NCBI GenBank assembly: GCA_965248445.1 | Contig: CBDFJG010000003.1 | Coordinates: 1,440,001-1,504,000 of the forward strand | Length of the DNA stretch: 64,000 nt | DNA from: Planctomycetota bacterium | Lineage (GTDB): Bacteria > Planctomycetota > JAJSAM01 > JAJVHW01 | Direction: 5' to 3' | Shown here: positions 52,526-63,007 of the stretch, piece after piece | How positions within the stretch are numbered: the first letter of the stretch is position 1 | How the letters are laid out: each line of letters starts with the position of its first letter | Notes under the pieces: generated by a model | What the model saw: the letters and a program-made list of their open reading frames with translations, nothing else | The model's database searches: none | Told to the model about the DNA's origin: nothing | Program-made: the position numbers and the translations under genes

Positions 52526-54110
52526 TTATCTGTCTAGTGGAGTTGACAGTCGGCCGTCGGAGCCGATCTCGCGGTAGGTGCCCTTGTTCTCGCGCGCCAG
52601 GGCCTTCATGAAACGGACGAGCGTGCCGCCGCCCACGCGCGGATCGATCGCGATCGTGTGGATCTGGATGCGCTTGAGCTGATTCCAGTCGCGCACCTGC
52701 GACAGGATCTTATTGGGCTCCATCGGCAGCGCCTTGTCGACGGAGTCGGTCGTCGGCGCGCCGTCGGAGAGCACGAACACCGTGTCCACACCCGGGTCGT
52801 AGTGCTTGTCCTTGATGCCGCGCCCGGCCATCTGGAACGTCTTGTCGAGCGCGCCGTACGTGAACGTCGCACCCTTCGGTTCGATGTCGTTCACCTCGAG
52901 GTAGACCTTGTTCTTGTTGCTCTGCGTGGCCTGCATGGCCGTCGGGCTGAGCGCCTTCACCTCGTGGTTGAACGTGATGACGTTGAAGAACGCCTCTTCC
53001 GGCAGGTTGCGCACGGCTTGCTTGAGGACCCGCTTGGCGATGTCGATCTTCATGCCGTTGAAGAAGTCCTCTTCGCCGCCCGTGACTTCGCCCTGGCTGC
53101 CGATGACCTCGTTCATGGAGCCGGAGATGTCGAGCAGGAAGACGATGCGCAGGCTGCGCGTCTCGATGCCGTAGTAGTCCACCGGCTCGATCTTGTTCTT
53201 CGGTTTGCGGACGCCGACGGCCTTGGCGCCCCGCGCCGAGAGTTCCTTCTTGTGCTCGTCGTACCACGACTTCCACGCCCCGGGGAACGGCCCGATATCC
53301 GCGGTCGTGAGCTTGCGGAGGGCCTCGGCCATCACTTCGATCAGGCGACCCTCTTCGAGAGTCATCGCCTGGACGAGCGGTCCGATCGCGTTCACGGTCC
53401 CGACCTCACCGAGCAGCAGCGTCGCGGCCTGCCGGTGCGGCCACCCGGTCTCCTTGAGCGCCTTGATGGCGAGCGGCTCGGTGACGGGGTCCTTGCGTTC
53501 GCGCAGCGCCTCGAGCACTGAGAGCCGCACGGTCGCGTCGGTGTCCTTGAGTCCCTTGCCGCCGACGGTGAGCGGCGGAACGAGTGCGTTCCGCAACAGC
53601 CCGGCGTAGAGAACCCGCCGTTCATGGGCGGTGCTCCCTGCGCGCGCGGCCTTCGTGAGCGTCGAGACGGCCTCTTGGTTCGTGAACTTCGTGACGCCCG
53701 TCCCGAACGCCAGCAGAACGACACCGTCCGCCGCGATCTCCTCGTCCAGTTGGTCAAGTTGACCGCGCAACCGCTTCTTGATCTCCCACGCCTTCGGGTC
53801 CTTGAACGTGTACCCGGTGTACGGCTCGTACGCCTCGCGGGTCTGCTCGCGCTCCTCCTCGAAACCCGCGAGACGCTCGGCCAGTCGCGCGAGCGCGTCG
53901 ACGGCCACGAGGGCGGCGCCGGGCGAGTTGAGCTCGCACACGCCGTGGATGGCCTTGCCGCGCTGCGCCATCAATCCGCGCTTCAGGATGATGGAGGTCC
54001 AACGCGACGCGACGCTGCTCGAGTTGCTCGTCGGCGCGTGACGTCCCGGCCGTCGCCAGCAACGCCAGTATGGCGAGGGAGACGATCAGTCGGCGCGGCG
54101 GTCTCTGCAT
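52526..54110 (-). pseudogene. Exported HEAT-repeat plus vWA protein with +1 frameshift at 54001-54002 (possibly a sequencing error)
   Basis: Signal peptide MQRPPRRLIVSLAILALLA joins WTSIILKRG if one T is removed; MIDAS DISGSM, T, LSDG. Confidence 0.8.
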
Positions 54111-54123
54111 CGGGGGAGGATAC

Positions 54124-54356
54124 TCCCGGACGGCCGACCGGTGCTCTTCAGCGCCGCCATGAGCCAGGTTAACTTCGCCCGGCCCTGCCGGCCGGTCGTG
54201 GGAAGGGCTGAGTAGGAGCAGCACGAGTACCCCGAACACCGGGGAGCGCGACTTATGGCGGGTCGCCGCCCCGCACTGCTCCAGCCCTTCGGTCGCATCG
54301 GCCGTGCCACGGCCCGCAGCCCCCGATCCAAGCCTGGCTCAGCCTCGAATCCGGGA
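54124..54356 (+). ncRNA. Candidate structured ncRNA (rod with large internal loop)
   Basis: Four nested complementary segments plus two apical hairpins found by eye; no family motif recognised. Confidence 0.35.
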
Positions 54357-54536
54357 TACTGGACACACACCAGTCTCTGTCCGAGGACGGATCGTGTCCC
54401 CGCTCAGATCCAGGAAACGGAGTCCTGACCGAGTGGTGGGCGCGAGATCGAGGCGGCGAGCCGAAGTCGGCCCCGAGCGGGCCGTTCGAGGCGCGCCAAC
54501 GCAGAGATCGCGTTCACCGCGAAGCGTCAGGGGCTG

Positions 54537-55475
54537 CTATGGATTCCAAGGGAGGTTGTCGAGTAGGTCGTCGCCGTCCTCGCCGCCGCCGTGGGGACCT
54601 CCGTCCGCGACCGATCCCTCCTGCCGTGCGCGGATGCGCCACGCGCCCGCGAGGTGGAAGAGCCGGCACGCCTCGCGCAGCGCGACGAGGACCTGCACGA
54701 GGATCAGGACGAAGATGCTCGTGACGATGTACCCGCCATCCGCCGCGGCGAGAACGTAGCCGAAGCCCCAGATCACGGACGCCTCGAACGCGAATGCGAG
54801 CGCAGAGAACCCGAGCGTCTCGAGCGGGTGTTGCAGCACGAAGATCATCGAGCGGAACATCTCGACGAGCACGCCCGGGCGGCGATGCATCCGGACACCG
54901 ACGCGCGCGTAGTCGAGGACGGTGCCCATGATCCAGAACGCACCGAACACGACGATCTCGGTGATCCGCCGGTAGCGCTCGGCCGGCCCCTCGGTCTCGA
55001 AGTTCGCCGCCTGGTCGTCGATGTACTCGAGCAGCGGACCGGCAGCGACCGAGAGCAGATAGGCGCAGAACATCGCCAGCAACGAGAGACGCAGGAACTT
55101 CCAGTAGACGCCCCCGCCCTCGCGCACGAACTCGTCGAAGCGCACACGCTCTCCGCCTCGCGCGGCGATCCCGACATAACCGCCCATGAACAGCGGGCGT
55201 GCGACCAGAAACAGCAGCAGCGAGCCGACGATGAGCACCGTGAGCGTCTCGTCGAACCCGGCCTGCGCGCGCACCTCGGCCATGAAGTCGAGGTCCAGTT
55301 CCTTCGCGAGTTGCGTGGCGTCGGTGCGGTGCCTGGCGGCGACGTGCATGCTCATGCCGACGTACAGCGCGGCTGGCAGACAGACCAGCATGTCCACGAG
55401 CGAGACGACCACCAGCAAGCGCTTCGAACGGCGTATCGCGGTCCACGCCGACTTCACCGCCCGCGTGCCTGCCAT
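54537..55475 (-). CDS. Multi-TM membrane protein coupled to the M1 peptidase
   Basis: About six TM segments; ATG overlaps the peptidase stop. Confidence 0.75.
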   Translation of the reverse strand: MAGTRAVKSAWTAIRRSKRLLVVVSLVDMLVCLPAALYVGMSMHVAARHRTDATQLAKELDLDFMAEVRAQAGFDETLTVLIVGSLLLFLVARPLFMGGYVGIAARGGERVRFDEFVREGGGVYWKFLRLSLLAMFCAYLLSVAAGPLLEYIDDQAANFETEGPAERYRRITEIVVFGAFWIMGTVLDYARVGVRMHRRPGVLVEMFRSMIFVLQHPLETLGFSALAFAFEASVIWGFGYVLAAADGGYIVTSIFVLILVQVLVALREACRLFHLAGAWRIRARQEGSVADGGPHGGGEDGDDLLDNLPWNP

Positions 55476-57784
55476 CAGAAGAACCGCCCGTAGGACAGCG
55501 CCGCGTTCTCGAGCCAGTTGAGGAAGCGAACACCCCACTTCACACCGGGACGGGCGTTCTCCTCCTTGGTGCGCGAGTCGTTGTGACGGTTCACGTCCTG
55601 GGGGTACTCGCGGAACGGGTGGAGCTGCGCGGACACGACCTTCCCCGGCACGAGGACCCGATGCCAGCGCTCGCGTCCGTCCCACGAGTGTTCGCTCGCG
55701 GTGCGTTTCCCGTCTTCGTCTTCCACCATCACGCGCAGCCGTACCGGTAGGACCACCTCACCGACCCGTCGGACCATCACTTCGGTCTCGACGGGCGGCT
55801 TCTCGGCGTTCTTCTCGCCGTCGTTCTCGTCAACCGGCGAGACCTCGATGATCCCGCCGTCGCGCTCGACGCGTCCGACGAGGTTCGGAGGCTTGACACG
55901 CTTGATGCTCTCGACGGCGTAGTCCATCACTCCCGACGAGTCCATCAGCGCCGCGACGAGCGGTGCCATGTCGAGGCCCGTCGCCTGGCCAAACGTCTCG
56001 ATGAAGTCAGCGCCGGTCGGGTGCCGAAACCGATGGACGCGCGCGTACTCGCGCATTCCGACGACGAACCTGCGTTCACCCTCTTCGCGGCCGTGCTCCG
56101 CGTGGAGCGTGCGGCGCAGAGTCGCGATGAAGAGTGCGGGTCGCGAGTAGGCGTTCACGCCGTACGAGCGACGGTCCACGTACATCCAGGAGGGCTTCGA
56201 GAGTTCGTCCCACCCGGCGCGCCTCAGATATCTGCGCCGTCGCACGATCAGGGGATCACTGATCCAGCGCCGCGCCGGGAGTTGCGTGAGGCGCGGCAGG
56301 TCGCGCCACTCCTCGAACGTCTCCATGCGCGGTGGACGCGCCCACTCCGGGAGACCGATCTTCTCGGGCCAGGCGGCCGACATGCCGTCGAAGTCGATCA
56401 TCCGCGCGAGCTTGAGTTCCCTCCCGAACGAGCGGTGCACCTCCCAAGCCGGTCCGTATCCGGCGTGCAGCGCGCGCGCGGTGAAGTACGTGTTCAGGCC
56501 CTCGTCGAGCCATGCCTCCTCGGCCTCGTTCGACGCGAGTAGGTTCATGAACCACTGATGCCCCGCCTCGTGCACGGTGACGCCCTCGGGTCGCAGCGAC
56601 TCGGGCAGCCGTCCGATGCGCGTCCCGGCGGTGAAGAGCATCGGGTACTCCATGCCGCCCGCGGCGCCGCCGCCGTGCGGCGGATCCAGGACCGTCAGGC
56701 GCGAGTACGGATACGGACCGAGCCACAGTCCGTAGAGCCCGAGTGCCACGCGCACGGCCTCGAAGTGCCGGTCGGTCTGCGCGACGTGCTCCGGTTGGAT
56801 CAGAAGCGTCACCTCGACCGGAGGCAAATCGAGCGTCTCCGCTTCCACGCCGAGAAGCTTGGCGATGCGACGCTGTTCGACGTTGATCGGGTCGTTCGAC
56901 GTCGTGCGTCCGCGCGACGGTTCTTCGGGGTCGACGGTGCGCGTGACCACGCTGAAATGACGCGACGCAGTCCACGCGAAGTCCACGACGCTCTCTGCCT
57001 TCCACGTCTCGACGCGGATGCCATCCTCCGACCCCTCCTCGGATGCGGCGAGCGTGCCGGTCGCGCCCGTGACCAGGTCGTCGGAGACGGAGAGCCGCAC
57101 TTCGTAGTCCGCGAAGTCCGCGTAGAACTCGGTGTTCCGGTGGAACTGGTGGCAGTACCAGCCCTCCTGATTCCGGGGCACGTCCGTACCGACGTAGCGA
57201 CCGAGCTTCGGGAACCACTGGGCTGCCATCACGAAGTCGCGATGCCGGCCCATGCGCGCGATGATCGTCGGAAGAGACGTCGTGAACTTGATACGCAGGC
57301 CGAGCGTGCCACCGGCCGGGACGGCCTCCGGGAGTGCGACGCGCACGACGGTGCGATCGTCCGGATTCCCGTCGTCCGGCTGCACGAACTCCGGAGTGAG
57401 GGTCTGCCCGGAGGCGAGGGCGAACTCCTGCAGCTCGATCCCGCCCCACTCCATGTCGTCGGGCACGGTCCAGCCGGTCAGCGCAGCCTCGCGCAGGAAG
57501 GACGAGCGCGTGTTGCTGAATGCGTTCGCGTAGAGGTGCAGATAGACCGAGCTGACCGCGTCCTGCGACGTGTTCCGCCACTCGACGCGCTGCGTGCCGA
57601 CGATGCGGAGGCGGTCGCGCTTGCCGGGTGCCTTGCGCAGTCGCGCGTCGATCTCGTAACGAACCACGGAGTCGCCCGACGATCGCCACTCCTCCTGCGC
57701 TCCGGCCGGGCCGGGGAGTGACGATCCCACCGCCGCGGCCGTGAGCGTCAGGATCGAGAGGACGCGGAACGTCTGTCGTCGCAC
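55475..57784 (-). CDS. M1 family aminopeptidase, exported
   Basis: GGMEYP, HEAGHQWF..E..WLDEG, AYSRP; signal peptide; TACACT 6 nt before GTG. Confidence 0.92.
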   Translation of the reverse strand: MRRQTFRVLSILTLTAAAVGSSLPGPAGAQEEWRSSGDSVVRYEIDARLRKAPGKRDRLRIVGTQRVEWRNTSQDAVSSVYLHLYANAFSNTRSSFLREAALTGWTVPDDMEWGGIELQEFALASGQTLTPEFVQPDDGNPDDRTVVRVALPEAVPAGGTLGLRIKFTTSLPTIIARMGRHRDFVMAAQWFPKLGRYVGTDVPRNQEGWYCHQFHRNTEFYADFADYEVRLSVSDDLVTGATGTLAASEEGSEDGIRVETWKAESVVDFAWTASRHFSVVTRTVDPEEPSRGRTTSNDPINVEQRRIAKLLGVEAETLDLPPVEVTLLIQPEHVAQTDRHFEAVRVALGLYGLWLGPYPYSRLTVLDPPHGGGAAGGMEYPMLFTAGTRIGRLPESLRPEGVTVHEAGHQWFMNLLASNEAEEAWLDEGLNTYFTARALHAGYGPAWEVHRSFGRELKLARMIDFDGMSAAWPEKIGLPEWARPPRMETFEEWRDLPRLTQLPARRWISDPLIVRRRRYLRRAGWDELSKPSWMYVDRRSYGVNAYSRPALFIATLRRTLHAEHGREEGERRFVVGMREYARVHRFRHPTGADFIETFGQATGLDMAPLVAALMDSSGVMDYAVESIKRVKPPNLVGRVERDGGIIEVSPVDENDGEKNAEKPPVETEVMVRRVGEVVLPVRLRVMVEDEDGKRTASEHSWDGRERWHRVLVPGKVVSAQLHPFREYPQDVNRHNDSRTKEENARPGVKWGVRFLNWLENAALSYGRFF

Positions 57785-57816
57785 GGAGAGAGTGTAGAAG
57801 CCGGTCGGCGCGGACC

Positions 57817-59997
57817 TCACTCCGCTTCCGGTACTGCGGGAGCGCGGCCCCGGTAGTGGAGGACCCCCGTCAGGATCAACCCCAGCAGCGTCGCGAGCGC
57901 TCCCACGAGCACGCTTCGCGGCCGGTAGTTGAACTTGACCGTCGAACGGCCCACTGGAATGGGCACCGCTCGGAACGCGACGTTGGCGCGTGAGATCGCG
58001 ACGGGCTGATCGTTGACCGAGCAATTCCAGCCCGGGTACCACTTCTCGCTGACGAAGAGCCAGCCGGCGGTCGGCACCTCGAGCTCACAGATCAGTTCCG
58101 TGCCGATCCCGCGCGTGCGCACCTCGACGTCCTTGCCGCGCGAGGCCGAGCCGCCCACCTCCGGTGTGGCGAGGAACAACGCCTCGTCACCGCGCGCGAG
58201 TATCTGCAGCACTTCCTCGTCCGGGACACCCGACTTCGCGCTGCGGAAGAACCGCCCGCGGCCGATGGCAGGAATCCCTTGGCGGAAGACGTCCACCCGC
58301 TGCGCGAGTCCGAGCGGCGGACCGCGACCGTGCATGTGGCGGCGAATCTCGGTCCCGACGTCCAACCACTTGGCGCCCGCCGGGCCGAGCTGCTCCAGAA
58401 GCGCTCCCATGTAGCGCGTGTCCACGTGGGCAGGGCGACGGAAGCCACGGAAACCGTCGAGCTCGACGTACGGCACTCGCAGGTCCGTCATGAGCACGCG
58501 GTTGTCGGCGAGGTCTACGGGAATGCGGTCGCGCCACGAGGTCTCGAAGAACGTCGTCCTCACTGGTTCGATGGGCGGCAGCCCGGCCATCCACACGCCG
58601 AGGAGCGCAGCGATGGCGACAACCGGCGCGAGCATTGGACGCCTGCGGACCAGCAACACCGCCGCCAGCACCAGGACTGCGCCGAGCAACGAGAGCAGCA
58701 GCGCCGGCATGACGACGCTCCAGAACGCATCGGTAAGCGTCATCTGAGCGCCGTCGATGGCTCGCGGCCACACCAGATTCGAGAGAGCTGATTTGACGAC
58801 GATTCCGCCCGTCAAGAGCGCCGCGAGCGTCACACCGCCCGCGACGGCGATGCGCTTCCACGGCGTAGCGCGCGCCGTCAAGAGATCGGACACCCCGTGG
58901 CCGGCCAGCATCGCTCCCGCCAGAACGGTGAGCACCTGCGATCTCGCGGCGACGCGCCCCCAACCGATGAGCGGCAACTCGTGGAGCCAGCCGATCGCGG
59001 GAACGCGCACGCCGACCGCGAGCACCAAACCGAGGAGTGCCGCCAGGGCCAGCAGTACCCGGCGGCGGTCGCGTGTGACCGCGATCAGCACCAGCAGGAG
59101 CACCGCCGCACCACCCAGTCCCGAGTGCTCGTTGTCGAACGCCTCGTCGCCCAGATAGCTGCCCGGGCGGAAACCGAGCATCCCGGGCGCCACCTTGCTG
59201 AAGAGCGCGTACATGGGGGCCGACCACAGCTCGAGGAAGCTCTGCTTCGTCTCCGGCCGCTCGGCGATGAGTGCGAACTCGATCGTCGGCAGCGACTGCA
59301 CTGCCGTGATGAGGATGATGAGGAGCGAGGCCAGGCCCAGCCGCGACATGGCGGCCCGTCGGGCCTCCACCGTGCTCACCTCGACGAGCGCGTACGCGAC
59401 GGCCAGCGGCGCGAGGAAGAACCAGATCTGGATGTGTCCGGCCAGCAGGCCCAGCGCACCAACCAGCGCGAGCAGAGAGACTCCGTGTCGTCTGTCATGC
59501 ACGGCGCCGTGCAGCGCCCAGAGCACCCACGGAGCCCACGTGAGCGCCCATAACTGGTTGACGTGACCGGTAGCCGCCTTGCCGATCGTGTACTCGCAGA
59601 CGGCAAACACGACTCCCGCCGTCAGCGCTCCGGCACGGTGTACGCCGCGGGCCCGCATCAGCGCATGGATGCCCGCAGCACCGAATGCCAGGTGCAGGAT
59701 CGCGCCCCACGAGTAGGCCGACTCGAGCGGGAGGAGCGCCCAGAACAACGACGTCGTCGAGAACGAGCCGTACATCCAGAGCGCATGGATCGGGTAGCCG
59801 GCACCGAACTGCTCCATCCAGAGAGGTGAGTTGCCGCTGAGGAGCCGCTCTCCGTACGCGCTGCAGATGACGGACAGGTGGTACGTGTCCATCATCTCGG
59901 TGTAGTCCGCCGGCAGGTGTCCGGGGAACGCAGCGCGCCCGAACAACAGCACGAGCACGACCACGACGCCGACGAACAGCGCGATCCGTTCCTTCAT
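57817..59997 (-). CDS. YfhO-like (GT-C type) membrane protein
   Basis: PLW...AGYP, LAGH.Q, C-terminal SEKWYPGW..VN..RANVAFRAV.IP.G..V.F.YRP. Confidence 0.82.
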   Translation of the reverse strand: MKERIALFVGVVVVLVLLFGRAAFPGHLPADYTEMMDTYHLSVICSAYGERLLSGNSPLWMEQFGAGYPIHALWMYGSFSTTSLFWALLPLESAYSWGAILHLAFGAAGIHALMRARGVHRAGALTAGVVFAVCEYTIGKAATGHVNQLWALTWAPWVLWALHGAVHDRRHGVSLLALVGALGLLAGHIQIWFFLAPLAVAYALVEVSTVEARRAAMSRLGLASLLIILITAVQSLPTIEFALIAERPETKQSFLELWSAPMYALFSKVAPGMLGFRPGSYLGDEAFDNEHSGLGGAAVLLLVLIAVTRDRRRVLLALAALLGLVLAVGVRVPAIGWLHELPLIGWGRVAARSQVLTVLAGAMLAGHGVSDLLTARATPWKRIAVAGGVTLAALLTGGIVVKSALSNLVWPRAIDGAQMTLTDAFWSVVMPALLLSLLGAVLVLAAVLLVRRRPMLAPVVAIAALLGVWMAGLPPIEPVRTTFFETSWRDRIPVDLADNRVLMTDLRVPYVELDGFRGFRRPAHVDTRYMGALLEQLGPAGAKWLDVGTEIRRHMHGRGPPLGLAQRVDVFRQGIPAIGRGRFFRSAKSGVPDEEVLQILARGDEALFLATPEVGGSASRGKDVEVRTRGIGTELICELEVPTAGWLFVSEKWYPGWNCSVNDQPVAISRANVAFRAVPIPVGRSTVKFNYRPRSVLVGALATLLGLILTGVLHYRGRAPAVPEAE

Positions 59998-60022
59998 CCG
60001 ACCTGCATCTGGCATCTGGCCT

Positions 60023-62185
60023 TCATCTGGGTGTGGTTCTCATTTGCATCCGGGAGCGGAACCCTACGAAGAGCAGGCCGAGCAGTCCCGCTAGAGTCGT
60101 CCACGCGCCGGCGAGCAGGCCGGGAGCACGGTAGCTCATCGTGATCACGTGCGGTCCCGCGGGGACCCGGATCGCTGCGAATGCCATCTGGGCCGCGTGG
60201 ATCTCGACCGCCTCGCCGTCGAGCGCTGCTGTCCACCCCGGACTCCACTTGTCCGAGGTGACGACGAGGGCGGCCGCCGGCGCCTCCACGACGAAGCGCC
60301 GCTGGTTCGGCGACCCGGCCTCCTCGCGCGAGACCCTGCCTCTCGCCGGAACGGCGAGCGGGGGATGACGCCGCAACTCCCCGCCCGTGCGGACGTACGC
60401 GGAGCGATCGCCGTCTGCGAGCCTGTCGGCGACCTCCGAGTCGGTCAGGTCGGCCGCCTGCCCGGCGTCGGCGAAGAGCGCGCCGTCCCCGATCGCACCG
60501 AGCCGCTTCAGCAGCAGCAGGTCCGCGGGTCCGGCACCCTCGGGGACGTCGAACACGACGCTCTCCCAACCGCGGTGCGCTGCGACGCCGACGTCCAGCC
60601 AGTAACCGACGCCGGGTCCTCCCCGGCTGTGCGCGAGCGCGCGGTATCCGGCGACGTCCACGTGCGAGAGCTCGCGTGTGGAGCGCATGCCCCGGCGTTC
60701 GATCGGAGGGAACATGTTGCCGTCCAGGTGGATCCGGTGCGAGCGGAGGTCCTCGGGCACCGCGTCCTCCCAGGCCATCCGGTAGACCCGCGACGAGACG
60801 CTGTGGACCGGCGGAAGCGCAACCACGAACGCCGCCGCTGCGAGCACCGCGGCCGGGATGAGCCCGCGCCGTGGCCTGTCCGCGGAGAACACGAATACGC
60901 CCGCGACTGCCGCGGTGGTGAGGATCGCAACGAGCACCGCCGGCCGCACCTGTGCTGGGCCGACGCCCTCGACGCGCCCGGCGATGACAGCCGACGCGAC
61001 GATCAGCGCGCACACGACCACGGCACCGATGACAAGACGCATGCCGTCGCGGCGGGCCATCCACTGATCGATCCCGAGTCCGACGACGACGGGTCCACAG
61101 AGCACGATCAGGATCTGCGCCCGGGCCGGAGCGCGCGCTGTCTCGAATCCCGGCAGCTCGTGAAACAGACGCCCCACGACGTTGCCGTCGCCACCCGAGA
61201 TGAACGCCGCGACGACGACGATCGTGATCCACGGCACCGCCGACCGGAGCCGCGCGGCGAAGATCGCGGGGATCAGCAGCCACACACCCGACATCCCGAT
61301 CATCTCGTGATAGAGGTCTTCGCCGGCGCCGTAGTCGCCCCACGGGAACGTGTTCCCGAAGCGGCCGAGCACGCCGGGGACAAAGCGCTCGGCGCCCGCG
61401 TGCAGAGACAGCGACCCCTGCTGGCGCAGATCCAGGTCCGTGACACCGCCGTCGGAGACAGACAGGAGTAGCACCGACGGAATCCACTGGATCGCCGTCA
61501 GCGCCAAGACGATCAGCGCCGCGCAGCCCACGCGCAGCATGGCCGGCACGCACTCAGCGCGCGTCGTGCTGAACACCGCGACCACGGCAGCCCCCACCGA
61601 GAAGTAGAACCAGACCTGCACGTGCCCCGACAGCAGGCCGAGCGCGCCGGTGAGACAGAGCAGCGGGAGCGCGCGAGCGCGCCCCTGCACCGTCCCGATC
61701 AGGAAGTGCAGAACCCACGGGGCCCACGTGGCGGGAAGGGTGATGTTCAGGTGCCCCACGACCGATCGGACGACGACGAACTCAGCCAGCCCGAACAGGA
61801 GCCCGGCCGCCACTGCGCCAGAGTTCTTGCAGCCGGCCGTTCGGGCGAGCGCCACCATTCCCGCGGCGCCGAACGCAGTGTGCAGGATCGCCGTCCACGC
61901 CCACGCGGTCTCCGGCGAGAACACGAGGTACAGCGCCAGACCCGGATAGAGCAGTCCGTACATCCACGACGCGAACGCCGGATATCCGCAGGCGAACTCG
62001 GGCATCCACCACGCGATCTCGCCACCGCGCATGTGGTCGGCGAACAGCTCGTACAGGATCGAGAGGTGGACGACGTCCTCGCTCGCACCGCCGTCGGTCA
62101 GGAAGTGACCGCCGAACGCCGCCGGCCCGTAGAGCCAGAGCATGAGGAGTCCAACGGTGGCAGCGACAGCGATCCGGGCGCGCAC
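60023..62185 (-). CDS. YfhO-like (GT-C type) membrane protein, tandem paralog
   Basis: WMP..ACGYP, LSGH.Q, SDKWSPGW.A.LDG..AFAAI.VPAG.H.I...YR. Confidence 0.82.
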   Translation of the reverse strand: MRARIAVAATVGLLMLWLYGPAAFGGHFLTDGGASEDVVHLSILYELFADHMRGGEIAWWMPEFACGYPAFASWMYGLLYPGLALYLVFSPETAWAWTAILHTAFGAAGMVALARTAGCKNSGAVAAGLLFGLAEFVVVRSVVGHLNITLPATWAPWVLHFLIGTVQGRARALPLLCLTGALGLLSGHVQVWFYFSVGAAVVAVFSTTRAECVPAMLRVGCAALIVLALTAIQWIPSVLLLSVSDGGVTDLDLRQQGSLSLHAGAERFVPGVLGRFGNTFPWGDYGAGEDLYHEMIGMSGVWLLIPAIFAARLRSAVPWITIVVVAAFISGGDGNVVGRLFHELPGFETARAPARAQILIVLCGPVVVGLGIDQWMARRDGMRLVIGAVVVCALIVASAVIAGRVEGVGPAQVRPAVLVAILTTAAVAGVFVFSADRPRRGLIPAAVLAAAAFVVALPPVHSVSSRVYRMAWEDAVPEDLRSHRIHLDGNMFPPIERRGMRSTRELSHVDVAGYRALAHSRGGPGVGYWLDVGVAAHRGWESVVFDVPEGAGPADLLLLKRLGAIGDGALFADAGQAADLTDSEVADRLADGDRSAYVRTGGELRRHPPLAVPARGRVSREEAGSPNQRRFVVEAPAAALVVTSDKWSPGWTAALDGEAVEIHAAQMAFAAIRVPAGPHVITMSYRAPGLLAGAWTTLAGLLGLLFVGFRSRMQMRTTPR

Positions 62186-62191
62186 CGAGGG

Positions 62192-62203
62192 AGGGTATAC
62201 GGT
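62192..62203. promoter_or_regulatory. Back-to-back -10 hexamers for divergent, probably leaderless genes
   Basis: TACCCT on minus (62192-62197) 6 nt from GTG 62185; TACGGT on plus (62198-62203) 7 nt from ATG 62211. Confidence 0.55.
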
Positions 62204-62210
62204 GTTCCCG

Positions 62211-62780
62211 ATGCGTGCGCGCCCCCTGACGACCGACTTCTTCGCCCGGAATACTCTCGACGTGGCGCGGGAACTGATCGGCGCGGTCATCGAAGTCGGC
62301 GACGTGTCCGGCCGTATTGTCGAGACCGAGGCGTACCGGGGTGATCCGGCGTCGCACTTCGTCACCCGCCCCCGCACGGGACGGATGATGGGGACGACCC
62401 ACGGGCACCTGTACGTCTACAGCATCTACGGAATGCACCACTGCGTGAACGTCACGACGGAGCGCGACCACCCGGGCGCTGTGCTGCTCCGTGCGATCGA
62501 GCCGCTCACGGGTCTCGATGAAATGAGCGGCCGCCGCGGAGGACGGACCGGCCGCGACATCGGCAGTGGTCCCGCGAAGCTCGTGGTCGCCCTGGGGATC
62601 CGGCCGGATTGGACCGGACGCCCCGTCGACGACGAACTGACCATTCGCGCGCGAACAGCAAGCCCCGACATCGCGACCGGGCCGCGGATCGGGATCTCGC
62701 AGGCGGTCGAGCTGCCCTGGCGCTTCTACGAACGCGGCAATCTGCACGTCTCCCGCGCGCGGCGGGTCACGACGCCGTGA
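62211..62780 (+). CDS. mpg: DNA-3-methyladenine glycosylase (AAG/Mpg family)
   Basis: VARELIG, GRIVETEAY, YVYSIYGMH.C.N, AVLLRAIEP, GPAKL, PRIGIS, PWRF. Confidence 0.93.
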   Translation: MRARPLTTDFFARNTLDVARELIGAVIEVGDVSGRIVETEAYRGDPASHFVTRPRTGRMMGTTHGHLYVYSIYGMHHCVNVTTERDHPGAVLLRAIEPLTGLDEMSGRRGGRTGRDIGSGPAKLVVALGIRPDWTGRPVDDELTIRARTASPDIATGPRIGISQAVELPWRFYERGNLHVSRARRVTTP

Positions 62781-62998
62781 ACACCTGGTTCGTCTTCTGG
62801 CTGTGCCTCGGAGGCGTGTTCGGTGTGGCGAGCCTGATGACACGCAGCGTTCACGTGTTCACGTTCTCGCTGGCCGCCCTCGTCAGCGCGGGAGCGGCCT
62901 ACGCCGAAGCGGCGGTCCCGCTCCAGTGGGGTGCGTACGCGCTGCTCTCGGTCGCGCTGCTCTTCGCCGTCGAGCGGCTCCCGTTCGTGCGCGGCTAG
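62777..62998 (+). CDS. Small hydrophobic protein resembling the membrane part of NfeD-like proteins
   Basis: GTGA overlap with mpg; 73 aa, W..W..LG..., LQW. Confidence 0.5.
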   Translation: MNTWFVFWLCLGGVFGVASLMTRSVHVFTFSLAALVSAGAAYAEAAVPLQWGAYALLSVALLFAVERLPFVRG

Positions 62999-63007
62999 GT
63001 CGCGCGG

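Noticed and set aside
54202..54222. SRP RNA-like AGCAGC motif
   Set aside because: Lacks the CAGG-stem-GNRA-stem arrangement of SRP domain IV
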